A DNA stretch of 64,000 nt from Oikopleura dioica. Taxonomy: Eukaryota > Animalia > Chordata. A program made the translations under genes and the position numbers. The DNA lies in NCBI GenBank assembly GCA_907165135.1, contig OU015567.1, forward strand, positions 1,054,001-1,118,000, given 5' to 3'. Below are positions 23,901-36,179 of this stretch, in pieces (position 1 is the first letter of the stretch; each line of letters opens with the position of its first letter). Under the pieces are notes generated by a model. The model saw only the letters and a program-made list of their open reading frames with translations, was not told the origin of the DNA and did no database searches.

Positions 23901-26900
23901 GGCAGCTGCTCATTATCATATTTTTCATAAACCTGATATTGCGGTCAAGAAATGATAAATGCGTATTTCGCGGAATTCCGATAATGATTTATATTTGTCC
24001 TAGTGAATCATATCCGAGCTACAGACTTTTTGTTGAGATTCTAACAAGCAATTTCCTCTGTATAAAATATCTTTTGCAAACAGAGAAAAATCTATTATGG
24101 TTTTCGCGAAATAATAAAAACCTTGAATCAGCAAAGATCTGACCATCGTGGACATCCAACCCGAGCAAGCTGGCGAGTACATTTGCCTGGCAACCAACAA
24201 AATGGCTGACGCAACTTCCCGCGTTCTCGTTCAAGTCGACACTCTTCCCTCCATCCGCGCTCATATCAACACCACGGCCAAAGCTGAGCTTGGCGAGCAG
24301 GTGACTTTCGACTGCCACGCTGATGGAGAGCCTCAGCCGAAATACTCTTGGACTCATAATGGAGTGGATCTGATTCCGAGTGATAAATACGAAATGACGG
24401 AAGATGGACGATTGACGATTTTCGACGTTTCAGCTGAAGATAGCGGAATGATCCGGTGCACAGCTCATAACTCTGCTGGTTCTGAACATGCTCGATTCGA
24501 GTTGAAAATTGAGCTGCCGCCTGTCATTCTCAGTCCCCCAGGTTCCCACAGAGTCGAGCAGGGTCTTCCTATTTCTCTCACTTGCGAAGTAGGCAATCTC
24601 GATGACGGAAAGATCAAATGGCTCAAGGACGGAACTGAGCTTGTCCAAGGCGAAACCTTAACAATCCCAAACGCGCAGTTGAAAGACACAGGCGAATACG
24701 AATGCATCGCTGAAAATGCCATTGGCTCGGATATTGCGTCTGGCAGCATTGTTGTCTGGCGCGATGGAGAATGGTCGGAATGGAGTCGTTTCGGTCCTTG
24801 TTCAGTTAGCTGTGGAATGGGGAGCAAAACCAGGCTGCGAATGTGCAACAATCCTGGGCCCGCGAATGGTGGTGTTTGTCCTAGCGGTTTGAGTGAAGAA
24901 ACCGTTCCTTGTCGAAATATTCCTTGCCCGGAAGACGGTGCGTTGACCGAATGGAGTGAGTGGTCAGAATGCAGCGTTTCCTGTGGATTTGGTTATGTAA
25001 CTCGGCAGAGAGATTGCATCCAGCCAAAGTTCAATGGTGCTCCTTGTTCTGGAACGCTTCTAGAAGAAAAGCCATGCTTAGACAATCCTGATTGTTTGAC
25101 GATTTCTTCGTGGGGTCCTTGGGGAGCTTGGGAAGCCTGTGACGTAACATGCGACGGAGGGGTGCAAGTACGTTCTAGAGATTGCCCAACTGGAGATTGC
25201 CGCGGCCAATCGGTTTCTTCCCGGCCTTGTGGAATGGGAAAATGCCCAGTCGATGGCTCTTGGGGCGAATGGATGCATTGGTCCTATTGTTCAGTTTCTT
25301 GTGGAATGGGAACTCGAACTCGTGAACGCTCCTGCGACTCGCCTGCGCCCTCTGCTGGTGGAATGCTCTGCAACGGGATGGAGCGGCAGATGGACATGTG
25401 TACGACTGGCGAATGTCCGATTAATGGAAATTGGGCGGAATGGACTGAGTGGTCGGTTTGCTCGCATACTTGCGGTGGCGGATTCAGAAGAAAGTCGCGA
25501 ATTTGCTCTGATCCTCCGCCGATAAATGGCGGAAAGTTCTGCGCGGGACATGCTGATTTTTCTGAGCGCTGCAACACTCGACCCTGCCCGGTTGATGGAA
25601 ACTGGGGCATGTGGTCCGAGTGGTCCAGTTGCTCGGTTTCCTGTGGACGCGGCTTCCAAGTTCGCGGCAGAACTTGTTCCAACCCCCAACCAGCTGGGGA
25701 CGGCCTCGATTGCTCTGGAATGGATTCGCAGCGAAAAGATTGCCACAACGAATGCGACATTCGAACGATGCGAGATTCCGAAGGCGTCATTCGCGGAAAC
25801 ATCAACGGAGTCGACCTGAGGGAGATAAAAATATCAAGCTCAGTGAAGAAAACTGATTATTCGAGCAAAATCCAAATTACGTTTGAAAATATTCCAATTG
25901 GAGTTAGACCGAGTATCAGATGGATAGCTACTGTTCTTTCGCCAATGGAGTTTTTGACGGCTTGGGAAGAGGAAGGAGCTCAAAATGGATACAGGTACTA
26001 AAGGACCCGGCGCAATTAAGATAATTTTAGAAACAAGCAATTTTATTGCTGAAATAACTGATTATATAACAACTTCATAAAAGCAATTATCCAATTTTCA
26101 ATATTCAAAGAAACACAAATTATAAATTTACATTTATAAATACACCTTTATGCGCATAAATTCCTATCTAATCTATTTATTGTAGCCTCACTCAAGGAAA
26201 ACTTCAAAGAACCTCTCAAATCGAATTCGCAACCGGCGAGGTACTCCGAATCGCGTGCAGACTTACGCACATAACTCGAGGCCGGCATCATTATACGATA
26301 ACAATCTCTGGAAATATGCCGCATATAACAAACCGAAACGCAATTGTCTTTGATGACGCAGTTGAGGAATACGTCCAAGTCTCGCGAAATATGCTCTACG
26401 GTTCGAGCTCGAGGACGGCGAGCTTGGATGGCATCGCGTTCCCGTACTTCGTGAATCACACCGTAAATTATGATGAGCGCTACGGGCAAATGCCGTTTCT
26501 CAGCCAAATCCTTGATCTTTCGCGTTTCAGCGTCACCTTTTCCAATGATCCCAAAAGGTAAGTTTCTTGTCATCATAGTAATTTTTACCGGGAGAAACGT
26601 CAGCCGAAGATGACTACCTTTGAGATGACCACTCTCTTTCTTAGCTTCACCTACTCCGCCGAGGCCAACATCTACCCGAACGAGTACGACGTGTGCCCAG
26701 AAGGCTACGAGTTAGACCTCGTCTCCGGAAGATGGTGCAATGACGTCAATGAATGTGCCCAAAATGACGCCTGTTCCGATGGATGTGTGAATACAATGGG
26801 TTCGTTCCTGTGCACTTGCCCGGATGGATACGTGATAGACTTCAATGGAGAATCGTGTCTTGATGTTGATGAATGTACCACTGGAGAATTCGAGTGCGGA

Positions 26901-29142
26901 GCGGGTCTATCTTGCGCAAATACTCCGGGTTCTTACAAGGTAAAGGAAGAATTTTTATCTTGCCAGTAACATATTTATATTCGCAAAAAGAATCTTGGCT
27001 CTCAATCGCTAAAAGGCTTTCATAGCCCGCTATATTTTTATCCATCAGAATATGTCTGACCGACGAAAATACTGTATTGAAAGGGGATTATTCTCAGACG
27101 ATATGGATATATTTAATATGATACAAAAGCCTATTAGATGAAGGCAAGAATCTTATCCGTATGATAGACATGTATGAATTAAAATATCTTATCTTTTCGC
27201 TTGAAGCAATAATTGGTGCGATAATATTTATATTCTGTATATTTGAAAAGATTAAAAATACAGATGAGGAAGTGATTCATGATTCTATATATAAAATTGC
27301 TGAATGGAAAATATTTTATCCTCCCCTTCCGAATTTACGGAGAGAATTTCGCTCGAGATCAATTACAGCCCGGGCGACTCAGACTCAAAACTGTATAATC
27401 AGATTATTCCAAAGTGCCTCACAATTATCGTCCATGAAAGATTAGTACAGATGGTTACGGCATTGATCTAAACTTGTGTGTAAAACGAGCAATTTACATT
27501 CTCTCAGCCTCGTTCCCTGGAGAATTTGAATTTCGTAACATTTAATTTTCACCCGTTTTCAGTGCGTTCTCCCATGTCAACCTGGAACCCGACTCTCCGA
27601 AGACGAGTCATTCTGTGACGATGTGGACGAGTGCTCCGAAGGGATTCACCAGTGCGATCAAATATGTATCAATACTCTCGGTAAGAAAGGGTGTTATTCA
27701 AGTTTAAAAAAATACGAAATAAAAAGTCCATTTTTTATCAACAAATCTCAGGTACATACAAATGTGGCTGCAGATCGGGCTATCTCGCCATCGGCGAATT
27801 TCTTTGCGAAGATATGGACGAATGCCTCCTCACCGGCCGCCGAAAAGCCTGCTCAGACAAACAGACATGTCAGAATACACCAGGAGGTTATCACTGTACA
27901 AACGACTGTCCTCCCGGCTTCGAGGGTGAAGATTGCAAGGACATTGACGAATGCGCTGATGAGAATCTTAACGATTGCCGGGGCGATCAAACTTGTCTGA
28001 ATACGGAAGGAGGATTTCAGTGCACTTGTAAAGAGGGATTCAGACTTGTTGGAGGAAAATGCTTAGGTAGGGAGTTAATTCTAGACTAACCCGCTTGTAA
28101 TTGCACGCAAAAATTAACCGCATGTTCACCCTTAGACGTGGACGAATGTGAATTATTCGATCCCTGTCCGCACCGCTGCTTGAATACTCACGGCTCGTTT
28201 CACTGTATTTGCCCTCCCGGTGGGTGTGATGGCTTCTCACCTGACCTTCAAGCCATCAAAGTGTGCTATGATGAAGATAATCCTGCATGTCCTTGTCCGG
28301 AAGGATATCAACAAATAATGAACAAATGCTATGGTAAATATATAAGCATGAAAACTTCTCTCTTTTGTTCTCAAATCGATAAATGAATTAACTAGACATC
28401 AATGAATGCACCGCCGACTATATCTGCCAACATGGATGCACAAACCTACCAGGAGGTTATCAGTGCACTTGTCCAATCGGATATCGCTTGGCGGAGGACG
28501 GAAGGACTTGTGAAGATATCAATGAATGCGTCAAGGGGGATATCCAATGTGGAAGGGGAAGGATGTGCTTTAACAGACTTGGAGATTACACTTGTATTGA
28601 CACTCCTTGTCCGGTCAACTACCACTCTGATCCTGCTACCTCTCAGGTAATTTCAGCCTATTTAGTCTTTCTTAACCTGATTTCAAGTGCACGAGATCAT
28701 GCAGAGGAGAAGGATGCGAAAACCGACCAGTCTCAATCATCGAATATCGTACCCTCGCCCTGCCTAAGGGTATCCAGGAAAACGAAGACCTACTTCTTCT
28801 CAAGGCTCTTACTGAAGATGGCAGAAAACATCCGGATACTCGATTCTACATTTTGACGAAGCAGAATCGAATGAATTTACCTTTCTCGATCAGGTACTTG
28901 AATGAGCTATTTTTGATTTTTTACCCATTTTTAGGCCGGAGAATGGATCAGGAATTCTCTACACAAATCAAGCTCTTACCCACCCTAGAACTTACAATAT
29001 GAGAGTGAGGGCTACTTCTCTCTCGCCCGAGGGCAAGATTGAATACCAGGTAAGCCTTTTTCTTCCAACCCATCTTCAAACCTGATTCTAGAGCACATTC
29101 ATCATCTACATCTCCGTGAGCGCCTATCCCTACGGTGGCTAA
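8968..29142 (+). CDS. HMCN1: Hemicentin (hemicentin-1 architecture), about 23 exons, roughly 5,600 aa
   Basis: Signal peptide, then a VWA domain SLAFVFDTTGSMWDDL..GGGDCPEMSI..YVFTDARAKDY..SQVIFVLTGDC. A long I-set Ig array follows, then six TSP1 repeats (WSEWS..CSVSCG), a G2F/nidogen domain, Ca-EGF repeats and a fibulin-type end FIIYISVSAYPYGG* (TAA 29140-29142). Confidence 0.96.
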
Positions 29143-30198
29143 AACGCTCCCCTCTCCATCACACTTGCTTCTTCCTCCTTCTACAATCACCCGGCGCTTG
29201 TAAGATAATGAATTCAAGATAAACTGCATCAGCTCTGTATCTACATTTCCCCGTCTGCACAAAATTGCTTGTCTATCATTGCCCAGATAACAAAACAATA
29301 GTCTTTCGAAAATATTTTCTTAGTCTAGCACAATAAAACTGTATATAACTTCAAAAATGACGTCGCAAATAAAATGACAAGAATCTGTCGTAAAATGGTT
29401 TTTACTGTCATTTAGCATTAATTTTGACCTTTGACGTTGGGAAACGAGAATTTCAAGCGATTTGGTCGAAATTTGGACCTTTTGAAAAAAAAAGAAATTT
29501 CAAGAATCGAATAAAATCTGCTGACCTTTGACCAGAAATGACGAAAATCCTTGTCCAAGGAGGAAGAGCAAAATGTCAAAACAGTGTCAATAGACGTCAA
29601 AAATTCCATTCCCGCTCATTCCAGATTAGTAATTTCGCAGATCATGACCTTCAGGAAGCTTATTTTAGCATCGAAATTCGATCAAGGCTCGCTGAAATAG
29701 ATTTTCTTCAACAAAAACGAAAATGAAGAAGAAGCGGATACCGCGAGTTGTAATTATTCTGTGAGCTCATGGGACCACGAGACTTGGGGTAAATTGTGTT
29801 ATGATTTTCATCACGCCTTTTTTTTTGAAATCATATGAATCGACTGAACTTACTTTTCAATTATATTGCCATTTTGGATCTATTTTTTGCTAATTTTATG
29901 GTTTTTACGAGTTTAAATGTCAATATTTATCGAAAAAGGGGAAAAAAATATTCGAAAAACAACATTTATATTTACAAATATTGACATCATTTATTAACAC
30001 TGAAGCAATTGTACATATAATATCATGCCATTAGCACAGAAGGCTTTTAAATAGTAGGTACTACCTAAGGTAGATTAAATAAGGTACTGTAAACAGAAAT
30101 GAGAAAGGAGGAGGCATAAAATAAATAATGAAAAAAGTAACAAATATATAAAAAAAAGCAGCTTGGGATGCGGAAAAAAGGCGGCAATCGTTTCAATT

Positions 30199-30507
30199 TC
30201 AATATTGGCAGTTGAATCTTGTCAGGGCTCTGTAAGTCTGAGCGCTTGTAAGTCTTCTGCTCTGGCGGCTGATGAGATTGCACGGAGAGTAGGAAGAGTT
30301 TCGGCTGAAATTCGAACGGACTTGGTTTCTGAGCTGGACTCTGTTGTGGAGTGTATTGTGGTTGTTCATCATTCTGTTCCAGTAAATCAAATCTCGGGTT
30401 TTTCTGATCAGCGGCTCTTCAACAACCTTATCAGTTTCGTATCCTGCTGTGAGGGCCTTGCAAATAGCAAGTTGAAAGAAGAAAACAATTATTTGGGCGG
30501 CTTTCAT
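30199..30507 (-). CDS. Small single-exon secreted prepropeptide, 102 aa
   Basis: Signal-like MKAAQIIVFFFQLAICKA, acidic spacer, RKTR processing site, N/R/S-rich mature part with two Cys. Confidence 0.5.
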   Translation of the reverse strand: MKAAQIIVFFFQLAICKALTAGYETDKVVEEPLIRKTRDLIYWNRMMNNHNTLHNRVQLRNQVRSNFSRNSSYSPCNLISRQSRRLTSAQTYRALTRFNCQY

Positions 30508-30898
30508 TTTTAAAATCTTTAAAATCGTTTTTTTTTCAGAGTCGGAAATTGGTCTGCTTGTTACGGAGAGCAACGCCTATTTGAAGGAGGGGGAGGTTAC
30601 TCGCGAGCGACATCAGATGTTGCTTACGGACAAAGGAGAATTCGGCGAATCTGGGATGCCCTCTTAAAAACCCTGTTTTGATTTTAATTGCTTGCTTATC
30701 AAAAATAAACGAAAGAACTTGAAAGTGAAATCGAATACTGTACTGGTCGTGGTTTTATCCATGTGGCTTTGATTTTGCGACTCTAAGCGTTTCGAATTTC
30801 AAGTGCGACTGTTTTAAGGACAGATTTTTCGCAAAGCAGTTAAGAGAGAAAGATCGGCATGAAGGTAAAATTAAAAAAAAAACCATTTGATTTCAGCA

Positions 30899-31622
30899 AT
30901 GTTATTTTTTAAGTATTTTCTTTTTGTAATCGGAATTTCTGGATGGCATAATGATGATACGACATCATATTTTTATACCACGACGATATACACAACAACA
31001 ACGCGAGAACCAACAACGACAACACAAGGTTCTACCACTTCGCTCTATTTTGACTGCGGAGGAAAAATAACATCAGCGCAAACAATCACATCTCCTCTTT
31101 TCCCGCTCGTCTACCCGGACCAGGGTTCGGTAATTTGAGCTCAAGCTAAAACTCATATTGGCTAGACGCTCAAATTTCCTCAAATTGAGAACTCAAAGTG
31201 ACTTGAGAAATCATTTTGAGAAGATTTGAGATTTTGAGAGTTTTGAGTTTTATGGAGATTTGAGAGTTTTGAGTTTTCAAAACTCAAATTAAGCGAGCGC
31301 TTCCTTGATTGGCTCATGGATCGCCAGAATTGATTTCTCATCTCTGAGTTCTCAAAACTCAAATTAAAAAACGTGAGTCTCAAGCTTTGTTTCCTTGAGT
31401 TTTAGCGTGAGCTCAAATTACCGAACCCTGACCCGGACTTTTCGCGCTGCACATGGAACATCGAGCTAGATTCTGGCTTCGAAATCGTTCCGAGCGTTTT
31501 CTAGGTTGAGCAACACTGGAATAAAATTTGCAGCTTTGATTATCTTGCCGTAGCTACTGACGGGGCAGAAGAATATTTTTGCGGATCAAACTCTGGTCAT
31601 ATTTTTTTCAAAGGCCGCAAAG
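30899..31622 (+). pseudogene. Disrupted secreted Thr-rich/CUB-domain gene
   Basis: MLFFKYFLFVIGISG..TTT..CGGKITSAQTITSPLFPLVYPD [MITE] FSRCTWNIEL..VF*VEQ..CSFDYLAV..FCG. The frame rejoins after removing the element and one TSD, but there is an in-frame TAG at 31502-31504. Confidence 0.75.
31121..31430. mobile_element. 310-bp hAT-like MITE
   Basis: TIR CAGGGTTCGGTAATTTGAGCTCA. 8-bp TSD ACCCGGAC (31113-31120, 31431-31438). Internal TTTGAG/CTCAAA repeats. Confidence 0.92.
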
Positions 31623-33101
31623 GTATATCAGATAAAAAGCAAGTTAAAAAGAAGAAGCACAGTGAAGTTCGAAAATCAGACTTTTGGTTATACAACAAAG
31701 GGGGTTTTCCGAAATGGGATGAAGATTAATTATTGTTTCTTTTTGAAGAATAAGTAATTATTCTGATTATCGTTCGACAACATCGTTCATCCTTGTACAG
31801 CATTCTTTTCCTGTCAAAAGTGGATCCGCTACTATTACCTTCAAGTCTGATTACGATCTCGGTTACGATGGCTTTAGTTTCGAAATTATTCCTTTTACCA
31901 AGAAATATTTCAAACGCCAGATTCAAGCGGAAATCAAGGTACTTTGGATCTTCAAGAACGTCGGAAAATAAATTAATTCAGGCGATTATTGCGCTCCTGC
32001 CGGGTGTTCTACCTCGATTCAAGGAACGATTTACCGCTAAAATGCGACGAATAATGAGCAAACTAAAGTCGCCCAAAGAAGAAACCCTCTGTTTCGAGGA
32101 AAATGGCTTCAGTTCTAAGCAAGAAATGATGATCAAACCTGACTTCGTTCAAATAGGCTTCCTTTGCGAAAAAAACATCAAATTAAACGAAGCAATCAAC
32201 AGTTTTGCTGCAAACTATGCTTGTGATGGCGGAGGAAAGCTCTTTCAAAATGTCATTCGAAGAGCAGAAAAAGCAAGAGATTTCTTTATCAGAAAACAAA
32301 ACTGCTGAAAATAAGTCTGATTTTAACCTGTTTTCAACAAATTTAATCCGAGTAATTAAGTTTCACCGCCTCTTTTTCCCTCGAAACGCTAATTGTAATC
32401 GAATCCGATCCTTAACTTCTGATTGATTCATATCAGAAGTTCGTCAGCCCTCCTCTGATTTCAAAAATATCATCTGCTTAAATCATAAGAAGCCCAAGAC
32501 ACATTTTTTTCTGCTGACGCAAAAAGAAGTTCGAATACACTCACGCTCGACGTTTATTTTTCCAAGCGATATTTAATGAGAGCGTACGTCCCAAAAGAGC
32601 GTACGTCCAAAAGAGCGTGCGTCCTCTCTTTCTCTTATTCTCAATCAGGTGTCGTTCTCTTTCTTTGTCTCAGACGAACTCGTCTTTGAAGAGAAAAACT
32701 TTGAGGAGAAACAGAAGATGTTGGCATTTTGCGGGGAGGAGTTTCAATGTTGAAGAGAATAATTTGTTAAAGACTGATTTCTAAAGAACCGGCGCATGGT
32801 TAATTTAACCCTATCTCGAGCGCGAGCACACGGCGATGAGCTCGCCCATCTAGAGAAAAAATGTAATTTCATTCTCTCCCTCTCTTGTCTGTCCTGGGGG
32901 CAATAATTGCAATAAAGCTAGTCTGATAGACGGATGAATAGAAAATGAATTGATGAATGAGAATCATGCATGAGGATAAATGGTTTTATTCTCTAAAATT
33001 TCAATGACAATGAAAAAAGTAGATGATAGATAAAGTTAACGGTGAAAACATGAATAAAATGAAAGTTGAAATGATAAATGAAATGCGAAGTCGAAGCGTT
33101 T

Positions 33102-35802
33102 TCAAATGCAAAATTTGCAGGAGAAAAATGAACCAAAAGGCTTACGATGAAGAGGACAAATAGGTTTTTTACAGAGCTTGCAGCTAACACCTGTTATTTT
33201 CCCTTTGAGCGCTCTAGTGGGGCAATAGTAACACTTGACACGCATTTTTTTGTAGGGCGTTTCAATCCATGGCAATTTAGAAGATGAGACAGATTGAATC
33301 TGAGGGAGTGATAATGAAACAGAAGGGATTTGAGCTTTTTTGCCGAGAAATTCATGAGCAAGAGAAAGTAAAAATTGTCGATGATTATCACTTTTAACTT
33401 TTGCTTTAGTTCTTATCTGATATTTTTTGAAAAGAACGTAAACGTTGAAAAAGGCCATATCGAGCACGTTACAAAGCATTTTTTTCGCGAAGTGAGCGTA
33501 AGATCCCGCAAAATTTTTCGACTCGAAAATGATTGAATATCGAGCGAGGCTCTGATCAATCGAGTCAACCCCGCCTTAACAGGGATGTGGATAAAGATCT
33601 ATCAGAAACTGCAATAAAATTCGCTGAAATTACGCAATGTTTCGTTTCATCTTCAAAAAGCAAATTCGTGATAAAATCATACACACAGGCGCGGAGATCC
33701 TTCGCGGACGTAGAAAGTGTGACTGTGTGCATGTCTGATGAGTTTTTGTACATGGAAAGTCCTGTTCTAATAGGCTATTCACGGCTGGTAAATTCGCGTC
33801 CTAAAATCTGTCGAAAAATTTTAGTGCGCTAAAATAAGTGCGCGAATTGATTGTGTCGAGACCAGGGCTCTAAACAGACTAGTCCGGGCTCGGACCAAGA
33901 ATAATCAATCAAAATTTCCCAAAAATCCACATCCCTGCTCCCATATTCCGATTATACAGAATAGCAACAGGAGGTTTCGCCTTCCCATCGAGAATAAGAC
34001 TAGCATGGGGGAGATTCGAGTATTCGTGCATAAGATCGAAGGCGTTGGTAATGAAAACTACAGGTTTTTTCGAAACCTTATCGTAATAGGCGCAAATATC
34101 TGTAAGGGACCCAAAAATAATATGATTTTCTTGAATTCATTCATTGAAAATTCAGTAAGCAAGCCATTCTCCCACCAATCCCACCTTAGAACAATGGAAC
34201 ATGTGCCTAACCTCAGCAATTTATTGAGCCCCAGTCCAGTGTTTGAAAAAATGATGATCGCGAGCCGCGAGCGAGCTAAGCGAGCGAGCAAGCGCTCATT
34301 CTCACTCACTCACGTAAAATTTCAAGGCCACTGCTCGCGCTCACTCACTCACCTAAAAATTGGGAGATCTCTGCTCGCGCTCATCCGCGCTCACGGCCTT
34401 TGTCGGAAAAATAACGTCCGCGACGAAGCATTTTAAGATTCGCGAAACCTCTCACTCATGAAAAAATTTTGGAGCTTCTGCTCGCGATAAATAAACAATA
34501 GGTAACTAAAGGCTATCACTAAATTTTTAAGGGTGTTAGAGAGGGCGACAAAAATGAAGCGAAAAAATAGTTTTTCGGCATGAGGAATCCGAATCCGAGG
34601 TCAAAATTTAAAAATTCGTAATTTTCAAATCCGTAAATTAAAAATTGAAATCCACCCAACCTGTGAGAAATTCAATACTCTCTCGAGAGACAAAAAAATT
34701 ATCCATCGCAATACGGCCCCCAATATTTTTACAACGATTTGGAATAATTTTAGAGAAAAGTTCACCAAGGCTAGAGTACAATTTGTGCTCGGCGTCGAGA
34801 TCCGGAATGGCCGACAAAATACAGCCATCAGGTCCAGAAAGCATCTGAACCTGATGACCGTATTTTGCCGGTTTCTGCGGATTATATTTGCGCATTGGAT
34901 CTCGACGGCCGAAGCTTCGACGAAGCGATTCGTCTAATGAATGAAATTGATTGCCCCAATCGAAAGAGCAGAAATTAGCAGAAACTTGATTTAATAACTG
35001 AACAAACGGCCAAATTTTTCTTCTCGAATTTATGTGACGATGCTCATTTCCGGGATAAAGAACATACTCATCTTCACCCACATCTAATAGAGATCGAAAT
35101 TTTTTGAATCTTCTAAGAGAAAGTAATTTATATTGTTCGAGATTTTTGTGATATTTGACCGCATCTGAATAAAAATCATCCATTCCTTTGCTTTTGCATC
35201 TTTCAAGGGCACTGTACAATAACATTCCGAAGCCGCGTTGCAGCTCCTCCATGGTGAACAAAGGATCAGAAGGAAATTTTTCCTTTAAATTCTGATTTGT
35301 GCGATTGAGTATTGGCAAAAAAAATCGCTCGATTCCGTACGTTTTATCAAATAGTTTTTTTGGGGACTTATAGTACTGCTCTGGAATAATTCGCGGCTGT
35401 GGGGGAGGATGAGAAGGAATGGAAGAAGAAGAATTCGGCTGTTGTAGCAGCGTGAAGTTCAGGGGAGGATAACGTTTACCATCTTTATGACTTTCCACGG
35501 ATTTTTTGAATTTCAAATACTCCTCATTTGTTTGAAAACAGACTTGTTCTATCTCTTCTTCGTCACTATAGAGGCATATAATCTTAGATCAAAGGAAATA
35601 GCGACTGAAAGAGTGGGAAGAAGAAAACTTTGAGGAATGGAAAAGAAAAGCCACGAGAAATGAACGTATTTTTTTTGAAAATTTTTAATGCCTTCCTACT
35701 AGAATCATCGTCTGAACAACCATAATCAATTTCATCGTCTTCTCTGTCAGAATGGACTTGAGATTCAGTCAAAAGAACGCCTTCGAAATCTTGCGCTTCC
35801 AT
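33102..35802 (-). CDS. piggyBac transposase, split by introns or insertions, possibly inactive
   Basis: Acidic N-terminus. SLDESL..YNPQKPAKYG, IAMDNFF and GVDSIDQ supply the three catalytic Asp. LDMAFFNVYVL. C-terminal Cys-rich domain CYYC..CKLCKKPICPLH..CKFC. The middle portion could not be spliced cleanly by eye. Confidence 0.85.
34237..34486. repeat. Truncated end of a CAG(T/G)GTTTGAAA-type element inside the piggyBac
   Basis: Starts CAGTGTTTGAAA, like the 40875 TIR, followed by CTGCTCGCG/CTCACTCAC subterminal repeats. No second end was found. Confidence 0.5.
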
Positions 35803-36179
35803 AAAGCTAAGAACTATAAGCACAAAAAGTAATTTCAGTGTACCTTTTTTGATAAAAATCCTCTCTGGTACTCTACTTTCAAGAAGACGAAGAAAAAGTT
35901 AGAGTACTAGAAGATTTATCAGAATTTACTGTCTTATTAACAGTCTTACAGACCAGTTTTATTGAAATCATTGCCCTGCGCACACATAAGAGAGAGAGAA
36001 AAAATGTCATTTTTTCTCTAGATGGGCGAGCTCATCGCCGTGTGCTCGCGCTCGAGATAGGATAATTTTGAGTGCTCGAGACAGGGTTAAAAGGAAGTGA
36101 ACATCATTTATGAATTTATTGAAAAAGTTTTTTTTTTAATTAATAATACATGTATTCATGCAATCAGAGAAATGAACTT

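Larger units (their letters stand above)
32809..36086 (-). mobile_element. piggyBac-family DNA transposon, 3.28 kb
   Basis: TTAA at 32805-32808 and 36087-36090. CCCT(A/G)TCTCGAGC termini, an asymmetric spacer at one end and a ~50-bp internal inverted repeat. Encodes a transposase. Confidence 0.95.

Noticed and set aside
9967-25856. Many antisense and alternate-frame ORFs over hemicentin
   Set aside because: They are shadows of long coding exons and show no domain-like features.
31726-32450. 171-aa plus-strand ORF (31793-32308) or a spliced minus-strand gene
   Set aside because: No recognisable motifs, a non-ATG start for the plus ORF, and the minus-strand exons could not be joined without stops.
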